A stretch of DNA of 64,000 nucleotides from Octopus sinensis (GCF_006345805.1 NC_043012.1:30876001-30940000), one strand, 5' to 3'. Positions 11,623 through 26,122 are shown, counted from the stretch's first letter. Translations and numbers: made by a program. Notes: generated from the letters alone by a model not told the origin.

Positions 11623-13595
11623 TGTTGAACATGTTGCCGTGGATTTTAAATTATTTCTTAAAGATTATTTTAAACGTCCTTGATTGTAAAGTTCATGTAT
11701 TCCTCTGAAGAAAACAGTTTCTTTATAATGATATAATGTACCCTCTAATCAAAAAATTCGTTAGAAATGGCCGTAAGGAATTGACACCTCTTTCAATTGT
11801 TCTGTTTGTATGCATGTATGTTTCTCTTTCTCTCTCTCTGTACCCACACACATACACACAAATATATATATATATAGATATATATAAGGGTAAATAACTA
11901 TTAATTTTAAAATTAATAATTATTACGAAGTAGTTTCGGTATAGAAAGAGAAACATTATCGGTAGGAACTTTTACAAAAAGTTTATATATATATATATAT
12001 ATATATATAAACTTTTTGTAACAGTACGTCGTTCGGGTAAGGACATCCATACTAAAGCAGACAATATGAAACATGAATTCATCCCCCCACTCCCACCACG
12101 CGACACTTGTGAACGTCCTCACATTTCCTATATTTTTGAAATACCTGTCCTGACAGGTGACTGGCAGATACCTGTCTTAGCTAACGTCTACACAGGTAAA
12201 CTATTGCATCATACATTCACATGATATGCACAAATAGAAAATACAGATGAGAAGATCAAGTGATAATTCCTCGCGAGACGTAAATAACAAACACAGATTC
12301 CTCAGAGAAACGATTATAAAAATAACCTCCGTCTTGTCGCGTATTTTGGGCCCCAACCATATGCGACAGATACAAAAATAAACTCTGTGTTAATTGAGAT
12401 TTTTGGAGAGAAATACGTGTCCGTCTTAAACAAAGGAAATGAAATTATGACGTCATAGCATCTGAAATGCTTCTGTTTGTCATGTCTTAACGAGGGAGTT
12501 CCTCGATTTCACGATAGGGCTTCTATACAGTCAATCGTTCGGCTAGAAATAACAACCGAATTCCCACAAATTAGATCCGTACTGTCTTATTTGAAAACAG
12601 GAATAAATTTTTTCAAATTAAAACGGAAAAGTGAGTCTGAAAGTACAAAATGGTCTCTGTGAAAAGAAGAGGAAATTTATTGGAGAACAGACAGATTAGT
12701 CTAAAGAATGGAATCTCTACGATGTAAAATGTGTTTTCTGTAAACATTCCAAAAGACGATATGGAATGTAATAACTGAAAACTAATATCGAAAAATCTAT
12801 TAAAACTAAGAACTTGTTAAAAGGAATTGAGAGGCTTGAAATATGAACTGACGATAATTAGGCAAAGAGATATATGGTTCTTAATAATTGTGAAAAATAT
12901 ACACAGGGATGCCGTTGGTAAGAAAAAATAACGGTCGAGTTAGATTCATCAAATCTCATGCATGCATAAATTTAATCTTGTATCTTCAGGAGCTCCGAGA
13001 TTAGTGGGGATTGGGGGAGAGGGAGAATGAGGGGTAGAAAAGGGAGGGGATGTTATCCGCAAACCGGAAACCCTGTCCGATTACTTGCAGCATTGGGAAA
13101 TTCGTTGAATGTCCCCAACAACCAGGTTGTAGTGTTAAATTGAGAGACGGATTAAATCTTCCACCCAAGCAGGTTAGCAGGCGAGAAAGCAATTTGAAAT
13201 CAAAACGGAAGGAGTTGGAATAAATGTAAGGACCACTGATGGTCAGTGTTGACCCTTAGACCTATGTAAGACTGTTTTGAAGAGTGGAAGCTGTCTGAGC
13301 GTGAGGAGGCCACATTTCTATGTCCTCAAAGCAAAAGGCCATCGATTTAAGCCAGAACAGCTTGTCACCAATGTTGTTGTTACAGACACTGCTGTCAGAA
13401 GACAAAGAACCAGAATAAATACCACAAGACACCTTGTGTAATACCCCACCCCACTGCGCTCACAGAGTCTATCAATCCAATGCACCACCATGGACGCGTA
13501 CTATTTTATTCACCCCATAACGATAAAACACAATGTTGACTTGGGCAGGATTTGAACTCAGAAAACGCAGAAGAATCAGAACAAATATTACAAAG

Positions 13596-13753
13596 CAGTA
13601 GCATAGGATGGGTGGGGGTGATCCGCCCTGGGGAACTGTTTCGTGGCGATGATACGTTTAAATCTGTTGCATACGACTGTACAGTGAGCAGGGCCGTGGC
13701 ACAGAAAAACTTAAAAGCAACTCCAGGCGGCACGCACTGCTGATCCGCCACTG
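13596..13753. mobile_element. Possible hAT-like MITE
   Basis: Imperfect short TIRs CAGTAGCATA / TCCGCCACTG; no clear 8-bp TSD. Confidence 0.3.
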
Positions 13754-14066
13754 CGGCAAGCGTACCCAGCACTAATGATTCTCTCACATAAACCCAACAA
13801 CCTTCTTTGACATAAAGTTACACATTACACAAGAGATTTATGTCAGTCTTAAGAATATTTAAAATAGGATAATATTGTAAAACTAACAACAATTATGCAG
13901 AGAGTAATTTTTTAAAAATTATTAATTAGTTTTTTAAGATTCTGGTAAGTATGAGACAAGTTTAAACATGTTTCTGATTTATTCTGACCTTATCAACAAA
14001 ATATAGCACTTACAGTAATTTACGAACGCTTTACAATGTGTGTGTGTGTGCGTGCGTTTGTGTATA

Positions 14067-14540
14067 CAGGATGTTCGATCTAAATTTGACAGCAATAATG
14101 GAAAAGAAAACAATAACCCAAACAAAAATAAAGTTTCTTAAAAAATCAAAAAGCTTCAACTCGACAAAATTATCGCTGGGCGATAACAGTTTTCTCAAAG
14201 TAGCTACCCTCAGCTTGCACTACGGCCCCAAAACAGTTCTGGAATCTGGTGCGTGCGTTCCTCACTATGTCTCTGGTAAGATCTTCGAACACGTCCTTGA
14301 TCTTGACCAACAGCTCGGCCTTGGTACCACAGGCAGAGAGACTGGTGTCGTTCTCAACCGCGTACCCCACACATAATAATGGATGGGATGACAATCAGAG
14401 GAATTAGGGGGGATGGCAAGGAGCCGGATCATGTTGTCACACGGTAGCCTTACAGTAGCAATCCTCTTCAGTGAGGGTTTGACCAGTCTCCAGTAGCTTG
14501 CCATAGTTGAATTGAGCCTAATGCCCTGTTCATCAGGTGC
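14067..14540 (-). mobile_element. Tc1/mariner (maT/DD37D-like) transposase 3' remnant with one TIR
   Basis: PPNSSDCHPIHYYVWG (WPPNSPDxNPxDYxVWG motif), TKAELLVKIKDVFEDL..RFQNCFGAVVQAEGSYFE; terminal TA-CAGGATGTTC. Confidence 0.8.
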
Positions 14541-14645
14541 TGGATAAATACTGGTGTGCGTTCGCTGTCTGAGCGCCTATTGTGTTCCTACGTAGTCTCC
14601 GTTGCAGCTGACCATGTCACGTCTTACATCCCTTACTGTGTATAT

Positions 14646-14872
14646 ATTTCTTTACTACCCACAAGGGGCTAAACACAGAGGGGATTAACAAGGACAGATA
14701 AATGGATTAAGCCAATTACATCGATCCCAGTGCGTAACTGGTTCTTAATTTATCGACCCCGAAAGGATGAAAGGCAAAGTAGACCTCGGCGGAATTTGAA
14801 CTGAGAACGTAACGGCAGACGAAATACGGCTACGCATTTCGCCCGGCGTGCTAACGGTTCTGCCAGCTCGAC
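14646..14872 (-). mobile_element. SINE family B, near full length
   Basis: Minus: GAGCTGGCAGAACCGTTAGCACGCCGGGCGAAATG..GTTCTCAGTTCAAATTCCGCCGAGG..GGGGTCGATAAATT..AGCCCCTTGTGGGTAGTAAAGAAATA. Confidence 0.9.
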
Positions 14873-16799
14873 GCCATACATCCCTTTCTGTGTTCACAGT
14901 GCATTGAGCAGTTATGATGTCGGCGTTTTGATACCCAGCACAAATCATTATGATACAGGTAAATCTTTTTCGATATTTCGTCGATTTCCAGCCCTCTATG
15001 TCGGCAAACTTTTCAAAAATACACCAAAGCTGTTCCTGAAAAACAAGGGACATAAAAAAAATCGTCAAATTTACCCCGAACACCCTGTCTTCCTCTCTCT
15101 CTCTCTCTCTCACTGTCTCCTCTCTCTCTCACTGTCTCCTCTCTCTCTCACTGTCTCCTCTCTCTCTCACTGTCTGTCTCTCTCTCTCTCTGCACACACA
15201 CACACACACATGCTGATGCAGTGAAATGAGGGACAAAACGCGTTGCGTTATTTGTTCTGGCATTATTCGCTGTTATGAGTTCAAATCCCGCCAGCATAAA
15301 CTGTTTTCCATCGTAGCTAGCAGCAGGGACGGCGTTTGGATGGGGGGTGGGGTACGCAGTCGTTAACTAAAGAACCCTCCGAAGTTCGTTAATTCGGGAC
15401 CTTGTGATCCCTTTTAGTCTTTATTCCAGCATTTTGAATTCTGAATCCTGCTAAGTCATATTTCATTCCCACCAGGGTGTTGGGTGGATTTGGTGTAGTT
15501 CACCCTGGTGCAATCGCATTCAGGTAAGACTTCCGATTTGAGGGGAAACTGGACCCTTTCTTGTACGAACCTCGCGGGTTCTGAAAAGAGAGAAGTTGTT
15601 TGGAATGTTCCTTTCTACCTCCTTTTCCTTCTACCCTTAAGTAAATTATTAAAAAAAAAAACATATTCTTATGTACCAGTCATGCCCGGGGGCTTTGGAT
15701 TTAATCTACTATAATTCCAGTCACTGCATAAATTCTTGACCATGTGCCAATCTATGGTGGTGGAGGCAGTGGGGCGTTGGGGAAACAGCAACTGGTCAAA
15801 AACCTGCTAATAACGGTGCCACTACGTGAACGATTCAACTGCTAGACATAGCAAAGAAATTTCTCTCAGGTCACATATTATCTTTAAAAAAAAGGCAAAG
15901 ACGCATGAGACAATGTAATCCTAACGGCATAAAAAGACAAGGTGGTCATGATTGGAGTTACTCCGATCAAAGCTGAGTCGTGGTTAAGCACAACAACAAG
16001 AACAACTACAAAAACAACAACTATCAGAACAACAAATGTGAAAAGAATTTCTTATTTTTTCTTTCTTTGGTTTATTTCGACTTTGATTAGATTGGAGGTA
16101 GAGGGCAAGGATGGAGGGCGAGAAGATGGTGGAGAACAAGGGTGGAGGGTGAGGGCGGTGAAGTTAGAATGGTGGGCGATGGTGAAGGAAAAGAGTGGAT
16201 GGCAAGGATGGAGGGGGAAGTAGTTACACCTCAAGGTGGTATTTATGAGCAGCAGTTTGTCTTAAACATACCATCCAGTTGGTAATTAGTAATTTCCTCT
16301 TGCTGCCTACCACCACCACCACCACCACCACCACCACCGCCACCACCACCGTCATCATAACCAAAGCCACCGCAACTTCCAAAAAAACACATCCACCATC
16401 TCCATCACCACAATCACAACTATCATCACTCCATCACACCTCGCCATTGTCACCACCACCACCGCCCCCACCACAAGCAATGCAACCTTCATAACTGCTA
16501 CCAATAACACAATCATGCCGACCACGACCAACATTATCACTACCGTCACCCACCACCGCCACCACCACCACCACCACCACCATTATATCTCACCTACACC
16601 AGACAAAATCCTCTTCGCTATTTAGTATTTGCTAATTAAGTGTCTGTTAACTAAACTAATAAACAACTCTACATAACTCTACACTATTTATCAGCTGACA
16701 GTTTTATTATCGTTGCAACTATGTTATGTGTTTGTGTGTGTGTGTGTACAAATATACATACATATATGCATACATATATATATATATGTATATATATAT

Positions 16800-16842
<43 letters not shown>

Positions 16843-16871
16843 ATATTATTTACTCAGGGAGATTCATATAA

Positions 16872-17156
16872 TATACATATATAAAGTTTTATTCTCATTG
16901 CAACAATGCTGTGTGTGTGTATATATAAATGTATGTATGTATATGTATGTATGTTTGTTAGTATATATGTCCATAAAGACATATGCAGTTGTGCATACAT
17001 ACCTATATACATACATTCTTACATACATACATACATACATACATACACACACATACTTTCTCTCGATTCTTTTTTTAAACTTTGATATGCTCCCACCGTG
17101 CCCAACGCTATAAAGTTCGTAATTCTGAAAATAAGAACCCACTACCGATCGCAAAA
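16872..17156 (+). repeat. Copy 1 of a ~290 bp local direct duplication
   Basis: Near-identical to 18759-19068 (AAAGTTTTATT..GCAACAATGCTG..CCCACTACCGATCGCAA), differing mainly in (CATA)n length. Confidence 0.95.
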
Positions 17157-17559
17157 TCTTTTATGATTTCTGTCAAATGTTTGACCCATTACTGAATTGT
17201 GTCTAACCTGCTGGTTCTAGGCTTCTCTGTCCATTCTGGTCAAATACGTGTTCCGGATGTCGAATGCTTAACCGTACTCATCTACACCTAGGTGGAATTT
17301 GAATTTAGGAAGTGATGGAATTGGTCATCCAAGACATTTTTTCTGAAGCCGTGATATTTGAAACATTTCAACGCTCTGCGCGTGTGATTTATTTATTTAT
17401 TGACCTCGGATTGACGGAAAGGAAAGTTAGTCTTGGTCGTATCTGAACACAGACTACTTCGACCTGGAACTAATACAGCCAAGTATTCTGTTTGGCGCTC
17501 TAACAATTCTTGTAAATCTCCAGCCTGTGAGAAATGTTAGTAAAGCAGAACAAATATCT

Positions 17560-18290
17560 CCATATAAAGGGTTGGAAAAAAACTGATCGGGTTATAAAAA
17601 GAATAAGATGGCAATCGATTTTCTTCGATAAATTCACAGACTGAGAGAACATATAGTCAGCTATAGACTCCCTCACAAGAACTTTGAAAAATTTGAATTT
17701 AGTTCACAATTTTCAAAATACTCCAAACGAATCAATTTCGCAATTCAAAAATAAATGGTAAAAAAAAATGAAGATTATAGAAAAAATATTACACAGGGCC
17801 AGGCAAACCACATGATGAGAAAATATTACAGAACCTACCACAAGACATGGTACGTTAAAGGACAAAGTGAAAAACTTTGTAGAAGGACTCAATACGGATG
17901 ATCAGCGAATAGAGTGCCTCGCTCCGTGAGAAACTTATTTAATATTAAAGGACGATAAAGAACAATTTCGTATCCACCCCAACGAGCAGACCAGAAAGTC
18001 TCTCAAAATTATCAATGATATATTAAATAATATAAACTCTAATACTAAACAAACGACACGTTTATTCTAAGGAGCTGTGGTTTTGTTGTAGGCAAACTGT
18101 TTAGTTCCACTGAAAAGTCATTTGGCTGCAGATTTACCCAGATCAACATGGCGGAAGAGTCATTGGTTTCCAACAGTTTATCTTAAAACGATTATAATTC
18201 AAAGAAGCCTTAATCACTATAACCGTCAGTGACATTAGCATAATCAAGGTAACGACAAGAGTCGCTCGCTCCTTACGAAGACACCATTTT
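17560..18290. mobile_element. Decayed Penelope-like RT fragment with internal inversion near 18060
   Basis: Plus 17560-18060: EKTDRVIKRIRW, TYLILKDDKEQFR..LKIINDILNNINS (cf. AYITLKDHKENF..ILDxINS). Minus 18060-18290: LDYAN..LIWVNLQPNDFSVELNS (cf. LDYA..WVKK..FDVxMGS). Confidence 0.5.
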
Positions 18291-18438
18291 GGTGAAGAAA
18301 CGAAAATGTTTTCCTCCATGGATTGTTTCGATGGAACTGAACTGTCGCACTAATGTGAGTTATATAATATATATATATATACATATATACATATACATAT
18401 ATATATATACATATATATATATATACATATATTATATA

Positions 18439-18758
18439 CTAGAGTATCGCCCGGCGTTGCTCAGGTTTGTAAGGGAAATAACTATAAAGCATTTTTAGAG
18501 AGTTATAGCAAAAAAATGGAAAAAAAGATGTAAATTATCCGGTTTGTGTTTCTGATTCTCGACCCCATGTCGAATTATCGATTTTTTCAGAACTGGGGGA
18601 ACTTTTCAAAATTTTCGCTGCGTTAGTTTTGAATTATGACATGGGCTATGTGTGTGTCATTTCATCAGAATCGGTTGAAAGCTGTGGTCAGGGTGAGGGT
18701 ACAAGCAAACAGACACACAGAAACACGCACAGACAAACTGCCGTTTATATATAGGAGA
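18439..18758 (-). mobile_element. Non-autonomous Helitron
   Basis: Minus: A|TC 5' end, 3' CCTGAGCAACGCCGGG hairpin then ATACTCTAG|T; same 3' end as 55182-55589. Confidence 0.8.
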
Positions 18759-18905
18759 TATACATATATAAAGTTTTATTTTCATTGCAACAATGCTGTA
18801 TGTGTGTATGTATAAATGTATGTATGTATGTGTATGTATGTTTGTTAGTATATATGTCCATAAAGACATATGCAGTTGTGTATACATACCTATATACATA
18901 CATTC

Positions 18906-18962
<57 letters not shown>

Positions 18963-19068
18963 CACACATACTTTCTCTCGATTCTTTTTTTAAACTTTGA
19001 TATGCTCCCACCGTGCCCAACACTATAAAGTTCGTAATTCTGAAAATAAGAACCCACTACCGATCGCA
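18759..19068 (+). repeat. Copy 2 of local duplication, abutting the Helitron 5' end
   Basis: See 16872-17156. Confidence 0.95.
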
Positions 19069-19649
19069 ATGTACGAATATGAGTGTTACATACACACACC
19101 CACACACACACATGTGCGCACACACAACACAACACAACACATTTATACTGGAAATTCTGCAAAGATAAATGAAAGTCAACTAACATATCGCCTTATAAGG
19201 GTGAGGTCCGTAACATAAATAAGTTTACAGAAATTCTGATCAACGTATTAAAATAATTCGACCAAAGAATAACGATAACCATTCATATCAGCCAAGTAAA
19301 GTTCCTACATTTCATACAAGACTCTGTTTTTTTTTCTTTGTGTGTGTGTGTGTGTGTGTGTGTGTTCTAACATTTTGACTCAGCACCGTATGGCCTAATG
19401 TTTTGTGGGCACGTAGTACAGACCCACATCATCAGACATCTCGAAAGCTTGTGCGTGGAGTTGAGTGGTGTGTAATATAAGCATGTTCGTATACATACAT
19501 ACATGCATACATACATACATACATACATACATACATACATACATACATACATACATACATACAAACAAACAAAATCATTTGAAGTGAAATCATCGAAGAG
19601 TTGCTTCTTCAAGATTCCCATTTCCATTTATCCACTCAACAAATGATAT

Positions 19650-20540
19650 TCAGGAACGAATAGAAAAAGAAATTTGAAAATCATTAAAAATGCCTTATAA
19701 CGATGGAACACAATTTGAATGCGACTAACTGAGACTGGAACGAGTAAAGATTTTAGCCTACAACCTTGTAAATTACTAATGAAGCATATTCCAGTATTAT
19801 ACGATATCCCGTATATTGACGTCCCTTTCCAATAACTTTTCAATAATTATCTATCTTGAAATCGTTAATCATTATCCGTAAGACTTCAGATATGAAGTTG
19901 GATAATGTTTTACTAGATATTTAAAATAATGATTCTGTTGCGATGTATGCACTTTTCTTTTAAATATACTCTCACTTATTCCGATATAACATTTTTCATG
20001 TGACATCTCCAAGACAATTTTTAGCACGATAAACTAATTGTTTGGGGAGGCACCTGTCTTTGAGGATACAGCTTCGTGTGTCATTGTTCTTACACTGGTG
20101 CTGACGATGTTGCGAAATTGTGCCAACAAGAATGCTTCTGCTGACTTTGGCAATTCAAGTAGCGAGATTTTCGGTAGTGCTATAACCGACTTCTTTGTTG
20201 TTTGTGCCGAAGTTATTATCATATCTCTGGCCCGTAGAGGAAATGTTTTGTAAATATAGAAAATTCTTTACATTGTTAGGAATGACATTCAAATTAAGAC
20301 GCAAGTTAAGACATAATGTTTTATTTTTTTACCTTTTCATTTTTATTAATACCTATTTCTTTTTGGTGTTGAAGATGATGTCTTGTCCTTCAAACAGCTT
20401 TCATTCACTGCATTACTATTATAAAATGAGCGCAGATTTTTCTTTGACAAGATATATCCGGGATAATGTTGTCATAGCTGTCACTTCGACGTCCATAGCA
20501 TGTTTCGCCAACTGTTTTAAAGGCCAGTATAGTCATATGT
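19650..20540 (-). mobile_element. Decayed Penelope-like element, thumb-linker-GIY-YIG
   Basis: PDISCQRKI..FYNSNA; KEVGYSTTENLAT*IAKVSRSIL; QCKNNDTRSCILKDRCLPKQLVYRAK; KCYIGISESIFK; SRIQIVFHRYKAFL; same clade as 48340-49180. Confidence 0.7.
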
Positions 20541-20917
20541 AGATATGATAACCCTCAAGATATCGTATATTTATCCAGCAGAACATCCAGGATGACGGAG
20601 AAAAAGGTTGCCTTAGGACTGGTTCGAGAGTAATTTCCATAAGATTGGTGTAAAATGAAACATTATCCAAGGACACAAAGCGCCGTCTGGTCAAAGGACT
20701 GAACATGTCAACTTACGATCTTGTGATCTCAGCATTCTAATCACAAAAACATCACTTCAAGTCACATACTACAAAATACTTAACAATAAAAGGTTGATTA
20801 GTGAGACCCAAACAGACTCATTGTATCTTCAACATTTCTCACAAAATATATATTCATAACATCCAATAATATTTCTGATAAACAATTCTTTTAATAATTC
20901 GAAGGTAGAATAAGGAC

Positions 20918-20956
<39 letters not shown>

Positions 20957-21401
20957 ACACCCCCACACACGTATGTATAAAGTATGGTAGCCCGTTAAAA
21001 TATCTCTTTAAGAGATGTAAGCTGTAACTCTACTAAAAAGTAATGCTTTGTGGCCACTTCAACATGGCCGTTACGTACGGAACGAGGTCACTACTCTTTT
21101 TTAATGCCAGGTGTATACCTCTTCCAGCTCGTTAACGACTCAACCTGTGTCCGATATACTGCGATCAGGGAAGCGAACCCCTACCATCTAACGATTTGAC
21201 AGGACCAGTAGACCAGCTGGGTTTCGGGATACTTGCCATTCCTCAGTACAGGACACCTGGCCGCTAGACATGGCAGTCAGTCGCTCACGTTATATAGAAA
21301 AATAAGCGACAACCAGTTGCTGATTTTGCAATAAGCAAAGTAGCTCAAAAATGAGTAGCAACGTTGTTCCATACAGAACAGTCATGTCGAAGTGTGTGTG
21401 C

Positions 21402-21492
<91 letters not shown>

Positions 21493-21914
21493 TGTGTGTG
21501 TGTGTGCGCGTACTGTATTTTTTTGTAATTGTATTTTTATTTTGTATTTTATTTTGTAATTTTATTTGTATCGTTTTAACGTCCTGTTTTTGTCACATTT
21601 TTTTTCTTTCCTTGTTTTTACCCCTCTGCAAAGGAATTTTATTTAATTCTTTCGCAGGAAGGGCTATTTCGACGAGTCGTGTTCTATCCTCACCTTCGAA
21701 ACACGCATGGAGTCGTACTAGGGACCGTTTCTCGTTGAGTTCTACGTCTATTTGTGGTGTCCTGTACTTACGTATATATATTTATATATGCATGTATATA
21801 TACATGTAGATGTAGGTACGTACATATATGTATGTATGTATGCATATATTTTATTTATTACACTATTGTATGACTGAGCGCGCTCGCGTCGTTTCGTTTC
21901 GTTTCCTCCAAGTA

Positions 21915-21969
<55 letters not shown>

Positions 21970-22035
21970 TATATATATACTTATATATAATATTTATATA
22001 ATATAATATAAATACTTGCATATAGTACTTATATA

Positions 22036-22320
22036 AAATATGGATTCAAATTCATACCAATAATAATTGGAGCATTAGGTTTTGTTAATAAATGCTTAAA
22101 GGAGAATCCGGATAAACTGGGATTTTCAGAAAGAGAAATTGACCGGTTGATTCGTACAAGTGCAATCTGTGAGTGGAATAGTAAAAATATGCAAGACTTT
22201 TCTCAAGTTCTAAATGTGAATGTATCTGTTTTAACTACATCGCAAAGTTGGAGCCTTATATTTTTGTTGGGAACCGGATCCCTCCTCAGTGGAAGATTGC
22301 TAATAATTAAAAAATAGAGA
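22036..22320 (+). mobile_element. REL-endonuclease non-LTR element 3' end (second family), followed by (CATA)n
   Basis: KYGFKFIPIIIGALGFVNKCLKENPDKLGFSEREIDRLIRT / VQSVSGIVKICKTFLKF* (one frameshift); homologous to 62717-62902. Confidence 0.8.
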
Positions 22321-22849
22321 CATACATACATACATACATACATACATACATACTTGTATGTGTATGCGTGCAGTGTATGTTCATACACAGACACATATCT
22401 GTGTGTGTGTATGTATGTATGTATGTATGTATGAGTGTTACGCATAGTACTTGATCCTGTGTGTTCTTCACTGCCCACGCCTCACCGTTTGTTTTAGAGT
22501 AATGTTCCCCATAGAGACACGTTGTATATTTTCCGCTGTTCGTTGTTTATTTTGACAAGATTCTTTATATTTTCCGTTTCGTATTTTTAGAAATAGTTAC
22601 CAACGAGTACATCATAAAACTGATTAGGACACGAATGAATATGCTGCATGTGTGGAGATATATAGTCATATAGACATATTCGTCAGTACATACAAATGCA
22701 CACACACACACACACATATATATACATACACACACGTACGCATATAACACATATATAAGAAAGAATGTATGTACACATGCATGCATGTATCTATATGTAT
22801 ATATGTTATATGAATCATATCTCTCTCTCTCTCTCTCTATCTATCTCTA

Positions 22850-22897
<48 letters not shown>

Positions 22898-22907
22898 AAT
22901 CTCTATT

Positions 22908-22939
<32 letters not shown>

Positions 22940-23309
22940 AAGATGGTGCGTGCTTGTGTCGAAACCTCTTTGAGCATAATCCTGTAAATCGAAAAGAGAG
23001 AGAGAGAGAGCACTTTGCTCTCATGTGTTTATTTCCTCCCTGCCTGGGGTTACCGTGGTCTTTTCTGTAGACTTTCCTTTCCACGGATAAACCTAATCTT
23101 GCTTCTTACATTTAAAAAATTTCTTGTGAAACACGATCCCTTTTGATCGCCTTTTTTTCCCCCGACCCCTTTTGATCCGAATTTTACTTTTTTCTCTTTT
23201 TTTCCCCTTTTTCATTTCCGAAAAGAAAAGCTCTACATTTGCATTTGTCCCCTCTGTGTTCAGCCCTGTGTGGCCAATAAAGAAAGTTATCTGTCTGTCC
23301 CTCTGTCTA

Positions 23310-24566
23310 TTGGGTAATCCCATAAGTAATGCGGTTTTTCTGACACTTCTTTTAATTTTCAAAATTAAGATAAACAAAGGGTTTCTTTTTTTTTTTTAAT
23401 CTAAAATATACTCTCCTTCATTTTCTACAATGCTCTTCCATCTATCTGGTAGACGTGCAAGGCCCCTCTTCCAAAATTCAGTTGTCTGTGATGAAAACAC
23501 TCTTCCATTACTGTTCTCATCTCGTCTAGAGAATTCATATTTTTTCCGTCCAAACGATTTTGAAGACTCCGGAATAAATGATAATCAGATGGGGCAATGT
23601 CCAGCAAATATGGTGGGTGGGGCATCGTTTCCCATTCAAACTGCTCCAGGCTTTCGAATGTCATCCTCGCTGCATGTGGCCGAGCATTATCCTGATGGAA
23701 AAAATACCTTTCGTCTTCAAACCAAAGATGGTCGTTTTTCGTCTAACGCTGACTTAAGCCGCTCAAGTTGCTCACAGTAGATATCCTTTGTTATCATTTG
23801 GTTTGGGTTTAAAAGTTCAAAGTGGACTAAACCTTTCATATCTCAAAAAAACTTATAACAACATCTTACGTGGATGAAAACCTTCTTTAGTCTGGAGTCT
23901 CGGTTTTTCTCATTTCTCTACCCACCGTCTTTGGCCCTTGACATTTTTATATAGAACCCATTATTCGTCACCAGTCTCTACTAGGTCTAAAAATAAGGTT
24001 CATTCGTGCAATTAGACTCGGAAAGTTCGTGAGGAACCTATTGACCCAATATGCTGACTTTTCCGATGGCACGCAGGTATCAATGAATGGTTGAATGACC
24101 AAATCCAAACTTCTCTTCAGGTTCATCAACAGTTATGATGGGATTTTGTTCCACCAAAGTTTGCAAGATGACCTCATCGAGCTCTTAAGATCTTCCTGCA
24201 CAGGGCTCGTCTTCTAGGCTGTATTTTACGGCTCGGAATTTTTAGAACCATCGTTGACACTGGTTTACGCTTATTGTCCGATCCCTATATCCTGCATTAA
24301 TATTCCTCGCACTTTCTGTTGCGTTGTTGCCTTTATTGAACTCAAAGCAAAATATGCTGAATATGCTCCTTTGTCACTTCCATTATAGCTTTGAAAAAAA
24401 TAACTTAAAATCGAACTGCACCCTTCAAAACTTGCACTATGAATAAGTAGGAGGTAGAATTATTACCTGCTTTTATAGCAAGTTGATTCAGGTAGTTTAT
24501 CCTTCCCCCACTCCGACTTTTAGTTCATACAATTGAAAAAACCGCATTATTTATGCGATGACCCTA
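23310..24566 (-). mobile_element. Full-length decayed mariner (DD34D), 1257 bp
   Basis: ~30 bp TIRs (T[T/A]GGGT[A/C]ATC[C/G]CATAA[G/A]TAATGCGGTTTTT), TA TSD; transposase from 24383 with *VPHELSE, TGDE*W, HQDNARPH, YLLDIAPSDYHLF; many stops. Confidence 0.95.
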
Positions 24567-25811
24567 TATATATATATATATATATGCATACATACTTGCA
24601 TGCATACATGCATACACACACACAGACACACGCATAATCTTTTCATCCCCTGTGCTCCACTCGACACATCGGTTCTAACCATCTTCCGTGATCCATTGAC
24701 ATTCTAAATCTAAAATCAGCTTAATTGGCAGACATTAATTGGCAGACATTCGAACAAGCGAAAGAGCTTTCACGAGGTCACCTGGACTAAAAAAGAAAAA
24801 AAAAAAATCAATCGATTCTCCCTCAATATATTGTACATCTTTTGATAATGGAACTATTGTGTCTAAGTGCTCAGGTGCAGCACAACCCATCAAAGGTGCG
24901 TGTACAAGAGTCAGTGTAAGGGTCATGATATACATGTATGGAGGGGGGATATTAGGTGTAGTGTTGGCACGGAAGTTTTAAAGGTTACAATGCCAGATAT
25001 TCAATGATAACGCATGCTTTAATATGCTATAAGACGAGATGATCATGGATGGAACGACTTGTATCTTTCCAGAATTATTGCTGATCTTTACGTTCTGTTT
25101 ACAAGTTGATGCTTCATTCTCACCCCAGGTTTCAAGGGAAATGACTCTTCCCTTGATATAGCGTATTTGAGGGAGTTATTTCCCCTGTATTGTTACTGTA
25201 ACGTCATTGTTATTTAATGAATTTTTTTCCCCTTAAGTTACAAATATAAAAAATTTATGTTTAATTAATTTACCAAATTACTTGCTGCTTTCTCTCTAGC
25301 TAATTAAAATAAAATTAAAAATTATATAGGGTCATGATCACAAAAATCATTCATATTCAATAACATTTTACTTTTTCTCTTTTTTTTTTCGAAACCCAAA
25401 AGGTTTGAAATTTTGGTAAAAGGCCAAATTGACCCCGAAGAGATGAGACGCACAGTCGACCTCTGCGAAATTTGAATGCAGAACGTAAAGACGGGCAAAA
25501 TGCTAGAATGTCACCGATTCTGCCAGTTCGTCCTTATAAATGTATCTTATCAACTCATATATATATTCCTATGTATTTCCTACGCTTGAACAGTTTTGCG
25601 TTAGGTTCATTATGCGTCTCCATGTTTATACGAATCATTCTCCGAATCAGGATGTTTCTGTGGTTTCTCACCCGCAAATTGTGTCGCATTTCTCATGCAT
25701 GTTTATGGCTTCGAAGCTAAACATTTCTCTGTAATTCGATGCTTTGCCAAATAAAGATACACTTCATTTTAATGGCTCCGAAGGAGCCGTCAGGTGACGC
25801 ACAAGCACTCA

Positions 25812-25853
25812 GTTCTGAGCACACTGCTTCTTAGTGCTGAAACAACTGTAAAC
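25812..25853 (+). ncRNA. Hammerhead remnant with 4-nt core deletion
   Basis: GTT-CTG[ATGA lost]-AGCAC..GTGCT-GAA-ACAACTGT-A-AAC. Confidence 0.5.
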
Positions 25854-26053
25854 CAATGATGCTGATTATGTAATTCTTGTTCCCTTGTCATTTGTTTAAT
25901 CCCTAAATTTAAGATTTCAAAAGTCAGTTTTATGTCACAATGTTATGTCAAAGTTCCAGTCCTTGTATCTGTAGTAGTGAAGATTATCATTATTGTTATT
26001 ATTAACTATTATTATTATTATTATTATTATTATTATCATTATTGTTATTATTA

Positions 26054-26088
<35 letters not shown>

Positions 26089-26091
26089 CAT

Positions 26092-26122
<31 letters not shown>

